From a bacterium (GTDB lineage: Bacteria; Eisenbacteria; RBG-16-71-46): a stretch of DNA of 22,105 bases. Location of the stretch: assembly GCA_043779265.1 (NCBI GenBank), contig JAYWEM010000093.1, positions 1 to 22,105 of the forward strand. The letters are read 5' to 3'. Of the stretch, positions 7,828 through 15,529 are shown in pieces. Below the pieces are notes generated by a model. That model did no database searches and had not been told where the DNA came from. It worked only from the letters and a program-made list of their open reading frames with translations. The number at the start of each line of letters is the position of its first letter. Positions within the stretch are counted from its first letter, which is position 1. A program made the position numbers and the translations under genes.

Positions 7828-9908
7828 GCCGCTTTCTCCAACTGCTCGCGGAGCGCACGGATGCGCTCGTCCACGTCCTCGTAACCTTCGAGCACGCTGG
7901 CGACCTTCTCGAACTCCTGGAGAGCCATCATAGGGTCGCCAGCATGCACCAAGGCGACCCCTTGGTGGTAGCGGAGCTCGGCCATCGCCACCTCGTCAAT
8001 GCCCGGGACATCGAGCGCACGGCCGAATTCGATGGTGGCCTCGGCCCAACGGCCCATATCGGTGAAGCAGCGGCCGATCATCTCCAGGGAGCGCGCGCTG
8101 AGCCGCGCCTCCTGCTCCGAGATGCGGAAGGAGTCCACGGCCTGTTCGAGCAGCCCCATCTCGCGATAGGTCATTCCCAGATCGTAGTGGCTCTGCGAGT
8201 CGCCAGAGAGCTGCGCCTCGACGCCGCGCTGGAACTCCGTCAGGAGACCCGAGAGGTCGAACGTCACCGCCTCGGCGCGACCCACGGCCACCTCGACACG
8301 TCCCGGCTCCATGGCCGGTGCGGCCACCGAGGTCGGTGCCGCCGAGGGCAGTTCCTGCTCCGGACCGGCTCCCGTCAGCCGCGACAGGCGGCGGCGAGCG
8401 GTCTCGTTCATGGGATCGAAACCAGCGGCACGCTCGAACCAGGTCTGGGCGATGTCGGCAGCGCCCTCGTTCAGTGCCCGGTCCCCGAGCTCACACGAGA
8501 CCTGCGCCGCCTCGCGGGCATCACCGCGAGCCTCGCAGTTCGAGAGCCAGAGCGTCATCAGCTCGGGAGTCGCCTGAGCGCCTCGTCCGAGACTGCGATA
8601 GATCGTCGCGGCGCTCTCCATGCGACCCAACGTCTCGTAGGCCTGAGCGGCCTTCATCAGCGTTCTCGAGGCCAGATCGCGCTCACCGGCGCGGAACTGC
8701 TCCTGCGCATCGGCGAGCAACTGCTCGACGCGCGCCAGGGGATCGACCTCGGCGGGCGGGGCGCTCTCGAACGAAAGTCCTGCCGGAAGCGGAATGCTGG
8801 CGATGCCGGACGCCTCGGTCTCCTCGATCTCGTAGATCGCCGGCTCCTCCTCGATCGCAGGATCCTCCTGCACTTCCCGCACCTCATCAGCAGCGGCCTC
8901 GACGTCGGACTCCTCGAACGCCTGCATGGCCTCGGCCTCGGCCGCAGCCATCATCGGCGTGGTCTCAGCGGCATCGGCGTCGGAGATCTCGAACACGCCC
9001 GCTTCGGACTCAGCCTCCGCCACGACTTCGGGCGCGCCCGGGGAGCGCAGCGTCGGGGCCCCGCTCGGATCCCACTCCTCGATCGGCTCGGATTCGGACT
9101 CCGCGGCGATGGGCTCTCCCATCGGCATCGGAGCAGGTGCTTCGTGACGACCGCTCTCCAGACCCTCCAGTGCGCCGGGGGCCGTCTCGAACATCGACTG
9201 GTATTTGGGATCGAGCTCGAGCGCATCCGGTTCGGGCGTCGAGTTCGGGGGTGCCGTGGCCGGTGCGGATGCCGTCGGCGCCGCAGCGGCCTCCGACGCA
9301 GCGGGGCTGCGACCCGTCGGATCCAACTGGGCAGCGCGCTCGAGCACACGCGTCGCATCGGATTCATGGCCGACCGAGCGGTAGTGCCCAGCAGCCTCCT
9401 GCAGCGTCCGAGCCGCCTGAACGTCCTCACCCTGCATCAGGTGAGCCTCGGCGAGTTGCTCGAGTACGCGGATGTTGTCCTGGCAAACATCGAACGCGGC
9501 GCGCAGAGCGACCGCGGCCTCGGCGGGCTCGTTCGAACGCACCATCTGCTCGGCGTACTGGATGTGGTAGAGCGAAGCCTCGCCCGCCAGACCATCCAGC
9601 GCGTGGAGCTGCGCGAGGTGCTTGAGCACCTTGGCCGGGGAGAGCGACAAGCGCACCATCTTCTTGCAGACGGCGATGGCGTTCTTGAACAGGGACGCCC
9701 GCTCGTACGCGGTCACCGCGTCGAGATAGCGATCCGCGGCCTCGATCTGCTCACCCTTGCGGTAGAGCAGGTCAGCCAGCAACACATGATTGTAGGGATC
9801 GGCGTCCTCACCGGAGACGAGCTTCTCGTACTCCCGCAGCGCGCCATCCAGATCACCATTCTGGATGCACCGCTGCGCTCGCCGCTTGATCTCGATCGCC
9901 TTTTCCAA
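7824..9908 (-). CDS. Tetratricopeptide-repeat protein, SgmX-like architecture (N-terminal TPRs, acidic disordered linker, C-terminal TPRs)
   Basis: N-terminal TPRs (GDLDGALREYEKLV...LADLLYRKGEQIEAADRY...FKNAIAVCKKMVRL), E/A/P-rich linker, C-terminal SHYDLGMTYREMGLLEQAV and YEDVDERI. TTG start with GGGAG upstream. TPR call is strong. The SgmX relationship rests on recalled family pattern only. Confidence 0.85.
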   Translation of the reverse strand: MEKAIEIKRRAQRCIQNGDLDGALREYEKLVSGEDADPYNHVLLADLLYRKGEQIEAADRYLDAVTAYERASLFKNAIAVCKKMVRLSLSPAKVLKHLAQLHALDGLAGEASLYHIQYAEQMVRSNEPAEAAVALRAAFDVCQDNIRVLEQLAEAHLMQGEDVQAARTLQEAAGHYRSVGHESDATRVLERAAQLDPTGRSPAASEAAAAPTASAPATAPPNSTPEPDALELDPKYQSMFETAPGALEGLESGRHEAPAPMPMGEPIAAESESEPIEEWDPSGAPTLRSPGAPEVVAEAESEAGVFEISDADAAETTPMMAAAEAEAMQAFEESDVEAAADEVREVQEDPAIEEEPAIYEIEETEASGIASIPLPAGLSFESAPPAEVDPLARVEQLLADAQEQFRAGERDLASRTLMKAAQAYETLGRMESAATIYRSLGRGAQATPELMTLWLSNCEARGDAREAAQVSCELGDRALNEGAADIAQTWFERAAGFDPMNETARRRLSRLTGAGPEQELPSAAPTSVAAPAMEPGRVEVAVGRAEAVTFDLSGLLTEFQRGVEAQLSGDSQSHYDLGMTYREMGLLEQAVDSFRISEQEARLSARSLEMIGRCFTDMGRWAEATIEFGRALDVPGIDEVAMAELRYHQGVALVHAGDPMMALQEFEKVASVLEGYEDVDERIRALREQLEKAA

Positions 9909-9924
9909 GTTGGCTCGCTCCCTG

Positions 9925-9945
9925 CCGGCTTCTTGCGAAGCCCGG
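9925..9945 (-). other. GC-rich hairpin with GCAA (GNRA) tetraloop between ftcD and the TPR gene
   Basis: Minus strand ccgGGCTTC-GCAA-GAAGCCgg. No U-tract follows, so it is not a classic intrinsic terminator. Confidence 0.45.
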
Positions 9946-9965
9946 ACGAAGGTCTGTCCCTGCCC

Positions 9966-11498
9966 TCAAGCGATCATGCCTGCCTGAACAGTCGCGGCAC
10001 AGCGACCCGCTGCGGCATCGAGTTCCGCACGGGTGGCCCGGAGTGTCGCGACCATGTGGTCCTTATCGGCGGAGGGTGCGAGCGACTTCAGGTTGATTTC
10101 CACATTGAGCAGTGCGCCCTGCCCGGCCGCATGGGCGAGCAGCCCGGCGACCCCGGCATCCGTGATGGCGTTGACGTTCCCCTGACTCGCCGCGAGGTCG
10201 GCCAGATCGGCCACCCGGGCGCAGGCCCGCGCGGTCTCCAGCGGGACCCGAGCGGCACCTGATTCGGCCGAGACGATGGCGGCGGCGCGGGCGACCTGCT
10301 CCTCGGGACTGGTCTGCGGCAGCTTCCTCGCCCGCAGCACGGCCTCGAAGGCCTCGCTGTCGGCCCGGCCCAGGGCCATCAGGTCGCGCCGCAGGGACTC
10401 GGCGTCGCGCTTGAGCTGTCGCATCGCCTCCTCGGAGGCCGCGTACTTCTTCTTGCCCAAGGTCAGATTGGCCACCATCGTGGCCAGCGTCGTGGCCAGA
10501 GCGCCGACGAAGGCCGCCACGGTGCCGCCTCCCGGGGTCGGCGTGGGGCCCGCGACCTGGTCGAAGAACGTGGCGATCGGGACCGCCTCGGTCAGCGGGG
10601 GCTGCCGCAGCCGGAGCTCCAGCACCTGGTCTCGGCGGAAGCCCTCGAGCTGCATGGCGTGCTCGGCCGCATCCAACATGGCGGCCTCGGGGATCAGCCC
10701 GACGACCTCGCAGCCGGAGACCCGGGCGCCGTGACGCCTCGCCTCGCTCTGGATGAGCGCCAGCACGCGCGGGATGGGTGTGGCCTCGACATTGACCAGG
10801 TTCATGCTCACCTGGGCACGGCGACCGCCCTCGATGCTGAATCCGAGCGCCCGCACGTTCTTGAGGCCGCCGGACTGCTCGCGGATCGCGGCGGCCACGG
10901 CCTTGGCCACACGCACATCGCCGGTGTCGAGATTGGCGTTGAACGCGACGAGGAACCGCCTCGCGCCGACGGCGGTCGCGCCCGCAGTCGGGTGGATCCT
11001 CTCAGGCCCGAAATCGGGCCGCTTCTCGGGTGACTGACCGATCGCGTCCCGCAGCCCCTCGAACTCCCCACGCCGTACATCGGCCAGACTCGTGCGCTTG
11101 GGGCTGCTCGCGGCCGCTTCGTAGAGGAACACGGGCACTTCGAGCTCGTCCCCGATCCGCTTGCCCACGACTCGCGCCATCTCAGCGCAGTCCTCGAGCG
11201 TGACCCCCTCGACGGGCACGAACGGAACCACATCCGTCGCTCCCATCCGAGGGTGCTGCCCCGAGTGCTGCGTCAGGTCGATGAGCGACATCGCCTTCTT
11301 CACCGCCTGGAACGCCGCCTCCATCACCGGCTCGGGCTCACCGGCGAAGGTGAGCACCGAGCGGTTGTGGTCGGGATCCATCTCCGAGTCGAGCAGTGTG
11401 ACGCCCGGAACCGAGGCGATGGCGTTCAGGATCTCATCCACCACCTCGCGGCGGCGGCCTTCGGAGAAATTCGGGACACACTCGACGAGACGGGGCAT
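9966..11498 (-). CDS. ftcD: Bifunctional glutamate formimidoyltransferase / formiminotetrahydrofolate cyclodeaminase
   Basis: N-terminal VECVPNFSEGRR, DPDHNRSVLT, HPRMGATDVVPF, GATAVGAR, QVSMNL. C-terminal cyclodeaminase PTPGGGTVAA, MVANLT, GNVNAITDAGVA, NVEINL. AAGGA SD. Confidence 0.95.
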   Translation of the reverse strand: MPRLVECVPNFSEGRRREVVDEILNAIASVPGVTLLDSEMDPDHNRSVLTFAGEPEPVMEAAFQAVKKAMSLIDLTQHSGQHPRMGATDVVPFVPVEGVTLEDCAEMARVVGKRIGDELEVPVFLYEAAASSPKRTSLADVRRGEFEGLRDAIGQSPEKRPDFGPERIHPTAGATAVGARRFLVAFNANLDTGDVRVAKAVAAAIREQSGGLKNVRALGFSIEGGRRAQVSMNLVNVEATPIPRVLALIQSEARRHGARVSGCEVVGLIPEAAMLDAAEHAMQLEGFRRDQVLELRLRQPPLTEAVPIATFFDQVAGPTPTPGGGTVAAFVGALATTLATMVANLTLGKKKYAASEEAMRQLKRDAESLRRDLMALGRADSEAFEAVLRARKLPQTSPEEQVARAAAIVSAESGAARVPLETARACARVADLADLAASQGNVNAITDAGVAGLLAHAAGQGALLNVEINLKSLAPSADKDHMVATLRATRAELDAAAGRCAATVQAGMIA

Positions 11499-11534
11499 TC
11501 GGTCGGTCCTTGACGCAAGTGAATGGAGGAAGAC

Positions 11535-14500
11535 TCAGCGAATGAGAACCATCCGGCTGGTGAGCATTCGATCGCCCGCTGCAAGACGTGCGAAATAGAC
11601 GCCAGCCCCCGGCAGCGAACCATCCGCCATTCGGGTGAACACGGCCTCATGACGACCAGCCGAGTAGTCGCCCTCGGCGATCGTCGCGACACGGCGACCG
11701 GCGAGGTCATGGACAGTCAGTGAGACACGCTGGGCGGTCGGCAGGGCGAAACGCAGCCGGGCCGGGCCGGATGCCGGATTGCGTCCCGCCAGCGACAGGG
11801 CCAGTTCGGTCGGAAGCGCTTCGCTGACGCTCAGCGGCGAACACACACCCACCTCGCCGAGCAGAGAGACGAACGGCTGATTCGTGATGCCCGAGGCGAC
11901 GAGATCGTCGATCCACCAACCCGGACCACCGACTCCGGGATCGGCGCCATGACGTAAGCGGAGCTGGATCGTCTGGCCGGCATAGGTCGTCCCGAGTGAG
12001 ATCGTCGTCGGGACCATGGACGGATAGCCGGTGCTGGCGCGGACGAAACCGTTGCGCGTCGCGAGCGGATTGCCCGGACCGTTCAGCGAGCCCGTGTACC
12101 CGGGCACGCTGCTGGCGCCGATGTCGATCCAGTTGGATCCGCCATCCGTGCTCAACTCCACGACGCCACCGTCGTAGTTGAAGCTGCCATCGAACTCGAA
12201 CGAGAAGCGGTGCGAGAACGTGATCGTGAGCGGCAGCGCCGGGTCGACCGACAGCGGCGGTGAGACGAGCCGCAGGTCGGTGGTCGTGCCGACATCCTCG
12301 AGGAAGTACTCGTGATCGCTGGGCGTGATCTGGACCCGGCGCCACGGGCCACCCGGCGAGCCGGGGGCCGCGTCCGAGGTCCAGCTCGAGTTGTGGGCCT
12401 CGGCGTTGTCCGAGGCGCTGCTGCCCTCATCGGCGTGGACGTAGTCATCGTAGGACGCGAGTCGCGGACCCGCAGCGAGCAGGCCCGGATCATCGACGGC
12501 CACATTCAAGGTCATCACCGAAGCGGCCAGGGCGCCGTTCAGATCGACCGCGATCGTGGCCGTGGCCAGCGTGAACGGCGCGCTGTTGGGCACCGCGACC
12601 ACGTTGCCACCGGGGAACGTGACGGAAGGATCGGACGACGTGACGGTCATCATGGTGCTCGACAGCGAGCTCGAGCCGGAGTTGAAGATCTCGACCACGA
12701 GCGTCCCCGACTCACCATTGTCGAGATAGCCATCGTCGTCGCACGAGTGCAGATCGTCGGTGAGTGACAGGCTCGCGATCCGCAGGTCGCCGCCGGTGAC
12801 GAAACTCTGGACGGCACCGGTATTGTCGTTGGGATCGCCCGCCACTGCTCCGATGCCCAGCCCGCGCTTGGCGAACGCCTGGATGAACAGCGCGAAGTCG
12901 GCCTGGTCGCCCGCCGCAACCGCCGCCAGCAGCGCATTGCGCGCATCGACCAGCGTCGGCGCGTCCGGCGTCAACTTGAAGCCCGCCACCAGGTACTCCC
13001 GCATGCGCTGGTTCGCCTGCGCGTAGGTGAGCCGTCCGGTGTCGCGCAGCAGCGCCGCGTAGCACTCCCACAGCATGTTGCACCACACCTCGCCGGTGCG
13101 ATGGACCTGGTTGTTATTGGAGCCAGCCGGATCGGCGTTGGAGTTGACCGGGATCCCGACCGGCAGAGGCACGAACGGCACGATGTGGCCGTAGGTGAGC
13201 GGTGCCTTGGTCATGTCGGTCGAGTACGGGTAGCGGCGGATCCCGAAGTAGTAAGCGTGGTTGGCGACGCCGCTGGCACTCAAGGCGTAGGGGCCGACGT
13301 TGTAGATACCCGAGAAGTCGACCGGCGAATCAGCCGGACGCGCCGTCATCAGCAGCGCCACGAAGTCCGACCAGCCCTCCCCCATGCCGCCGGCCTGATT
13401 GGTCGAGAGACCGACCGCGTTGCCGACCAGTCGGTTGCTCAGGTAGTGGCCCCACTCGTGCGCGACGATGTGGCCATCGATCGTGCCGTCACGCGCGACA
13501 TTCGCCTGCCGCGTCAGCGTCACGTTGACCCCTGCACCCAACTGGGCGCGGATCGCGTTGCCGACCGCCTGGCTCACCATGACCGACGGGATCGTGATCG
13601 TGCCCGAGGTTCCGCTGAGGCTCGTCGGGACCGTGATATTCACGTTGTTCACCACGATGACGCCGATCGCGCCGGCGTTCTGGGCGAACTGGACCTTGGC
13701 CGGGAAGCTGCAGATGCCGCGGTCGATCAGCGCGATCTTGCCCGCGATGTTGGCCGCATTCACGACTGCGGTGCAGATGTCGGTCGTGGGAGCAGTGCCA
13801 TCCAGCGCCTCGGCGACCGCACCCGAGATCGAGAACGTCTGAGGGCCGAATCCCGTGGCGACCGTGGCCACGTAGGTCCCGGCGATCGCGGGCGGTGACG
13901 TCACCTGGGCCTGCGCCGAGGTGACGTTGAAGACGTACATCTGCATGCGCGGCGCGCCGCCGTCCGAGGGCGTCGACATGTTGGCGTTATTGGTGCCGCC
14001 GTAGTCCTGACCCTGCGCATGGATCGCATCGCCGCCAATGCCGCCGCGTCCGAAGTTGTCCGTCTGGGCGTTGCCGCAGGCCTCGTCGAAGCCGGCGTCG
14101 TAGAACCAGTCGTGCAGGAAGTTGTTGAGATAGAACAGCGTCGTCACCGACGCCGAGCGCTGTGCGACGCTCGCGTTCGGCGCCAGCGCGGGATTGTACG
14201 TGTGATCGAACACGCCGGCCGAGGTCGTCGCGGCACGGAAGTCGCCCGCCGAGAGACCATCCGGCGAGACGAGATCGACATACGCGTTGACGTTGTTGCC
14301 CACCGTCTCGGTGGCACCCGGCGGCAGCCAGGGATCATTGGTCGAGATGGGGCCGTTCTGCAGCGTCACCAGCGACGCCGGGATGAACGCCGGATTGTAG
14401 AAGTCGACACTCCCTGTCGGGTGCGGCGAGGGGGCCGCGCCCTGGGGGCCGTCGAACGGCAGGAACGGCGAGGACGTATCCGCCCACGTGCGATAGCTGA

Positions 14501-15377
14501 AGGCCACATCCTGCATCAGGCTGTGCTTGAACAACAGGCTGCCATCCACGGCCGACACGACATAGGCATAGGCCTCGGTCTCTCCCATCACCTCGAGGTG
14601 ATAGGCCGGAACGAGCGAGTCGGCGAGTCGGAACCACACCTGCCGAACGCGCAGCGGCCGTTCGATGGCGAGCCCATCGCCGCGGGCCTTGAGTTCGGCC
14701 GGCGCCTCGAAGCGATCGAATCCCGCGTCATCGACATCCTGCTTGGCGGCGAGCACCGGAATGGTCGCAAGGTCCGCATAGTCGCGGAGCATCGCGCCGG
14801 CGGCCTGCTCGGCCGTCAGCGTGAACTCGGAGGCCTTGCCGCTCGCCGCGAGCGCGCGCGGTGCGATGTGTCCCGAGACCGACACCAGTTCCATCGAGCG
14901 ATCCATCCCGACCTTGATCTCGTCGCGGAACACCTCGATGCCGTCGATGACCTGAGCGTAGGTTGCCACGATGGCCCCGCGACCTGTGTCGTGCACATGG
15001 CGCAGTCGGGCACCGTCGACATCCGCCTTCGCGAGGCGATAGAGCGGCGCAACGCCGGAGAGGTGGGAACGTGCCGCCTGATCGGCCGTTCTCGTCGGGG
15101 CGCTGCGCAGGGCCGCGCCGGACTTCAGCGCTGCCGATGAACGCGGCGCCCAGACGAACGAGGGCACACCGTAGCGCTCATCGATGCTCTCGACCGAATA
15201 CAACTGGCGGAGCCGCGATTCCTCGGCGGAGGCGGGTGCCCGCAGCGCCTTCGCGGCCGAAGGGGCACGGAGCCGGGCCGCATCGAAGGTCCTCGCGTGG
15301 TCCTCGGAGGCGAACACCGTGGAAGCGGCCAGAAGGATGAGCAGGGATGCGAGACTGGGGGCTAAAGGTGCGCGCAC
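11535..15377 (-). CDS. Secreted M36 (fungalysin-family) zinc metalloprotease with propeptide, inserted PA domain, Ig-like/beta-sandwich domains and C-terminal FlgD-Ig/T9SS-CTD-like domain
   Basis: Signal peptide. FTP-like propeptide (YAQVIDGIEVF). TVGNNVNAY, LFYLNNFLHDWFYDAGFDE, NNANMSTPSDG.PRMQMY. PA insert (GKIALIDRGICSF..KVQFAQNAGAIGVIVVNN). HEWGH at 13446-13460 plus GMGEGWSD. GIRRYPYS, VHRTGEVW. C-terminal NPA...LRFALP...VHDLAGRRVATI...GVYFARL. Confidence 0.93.
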   Translation of the reverse strand: MRAPLAPSLASLLILLAASTVFASEDHARTFDAARLRAPSAAKALRAPASAEESRLRQLYSVESIDERYGVPSFVWAPRSSAALKSGAALRSAPTRTADQAARSHLSGVAPLYRLAKADVDGARLRHVHDTGRGAIVATYAQVIDGIEVFRDEIKVGMDRSMELVSVSGHIAPRALAASGKASEFTLTAEQAAGAMLRDYADLATIPVLAAKQDVDDAGFDRFEAPAELKARGDGLAIERPLRVRQVWFRLADSLVPAYHLEVMGETEAYAYVVSAVDGSLLFKHSLMQDVAFSYRTWADTSSPFLPFDGPQGAAPSPHPTGSVDFYNPAFIPASLVTLQNGPISTNDPWLPPGATETVGNNVNAYVDLVSPDGLSAGDFRAATTSAGVFDHTYNPALAPNASVAQRSASVTTLFYLNNFLHDWFYDAGFDEACGNAQTDNFGRGGIGGDAIHAQGQDYGGTNNANMSTPSDGGAPRMQMYVFNVTSAQAQVTSPPAIAGTYVATVATGFGPQTFSISGAVAEALDGTAPTTDICTAVVNAANIAGKIALIDRGICSFPAKVQFAQNAGAIGVIVVNNVNITVPTSLSGTSGTITIPSVMVSQAVGNAIRAQLGAGVNVTLTRQANVARDGTIDGHIVAHEWGHYLSNRLVGNAVGLSTNQAGGMGEGWSDFVALLMTARPADSPVDFSGIYNVGPYALSASGVANHAYYFGIRRYPYSTDMTKAPLTYGHIVPFVPLPVGIPVNSNADPAGSNNNQVHRTGEVWCNMLWECYAALLRDTGRLTYAQANQRMREYLVAGFKLTPDAPTLVDARNALLAAVAAGDQADFALFIQAFAKRGLGIGAVAGDPNDNTGAVQSFVTGGDLRIASLSLTDDLHSCDDDGYLDNGESGTLVVEIFNSGSSSLSSTMMTVTSSDPSVTFPGGNVVAVPNSAPFTLATATIAVDLNGALAASVMTLNVAVDDPGLLAAGPRLASYDDYVHADEGSSASDNAEAHNSSWTSDAAPGSPGGPWRRVQITPSDHEYFLEDVGTTTDLRLVSPPLSVDPALPLTITFSHRFSFEFDGSFNYDGGVVELSTDGGSNWIDIGASSVPGYTGSLNGPGNPLATRNGFVRASTGYPSMVPTTISLGTTYAGQTIQLRLRHGADPGVGGPGWWIDDLVASGITNQPFVSLLGEVGVCSPLSVSEALPTELALSLAGRNPASGPARLRFALPTAQRVSLTVHDLAGRRVATIAEGDYSAGRHEAVFTRMADGSLPGAGVYFARLAAGDRMLTSRMVLIR

Positions 15378-15452
15378 GACGCCTCCGAAGGATGAGTGAG
15401 TCGGTTCCGGTGGGACCGCCGCGGTCAGGGACGACGGAACCCGAGCCGTATG

Positions 15453-15482
15453 ACTCTACACAGCCCTGACAGGCTGGCTCAA
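15453..15482 (-). promoter_or_regulatory. Putative sigma70-type promoter for the M36 protease gene
   Basis: Minus strand TTGAGC (15482-15477), 18-nt spacer, TAGAGT (15458-15453), about 75 nt upstream of the GTG start. The spacer holds the inverted repeat CAGCC-N6-GGCTG. Confidence 0.45.
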
Positions 15483-15483
15483 C

Positions 15484-15513
15484 CTCCGAGCGCCGAACGC
15501 GGGCCCTCGGGAG
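15484..15513 (-). other. Stem-loop just downstream of the hutI stop (possible terminator or 3' stabiliser)
   Basis: Minus strand CCGAGgGCC-loop-GGCgCTCGG, 8 of 9 bp paired. Lacks a U-tract. Confidence 0.3.
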
Positions 15514-15529
15514 ACGCGGAACCGTGCGA

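Noticed and set aside
7944..10262. 772-aa plus-strand ORF (likewise 124-1746, 1778-2968, 3877-5211 and 20043-22040)
   Set aside because: These are antisense to well-supported genes, have biased composition and show no recognisable domain.
15445..15465. HutC operator near TGTAGAGTCATAC
   Set aside because: It does not fit the TGTA-N2-TACA palindrome, lies downstream of hutI rather than upstream of the hut genes, and no hutC is present in the window.
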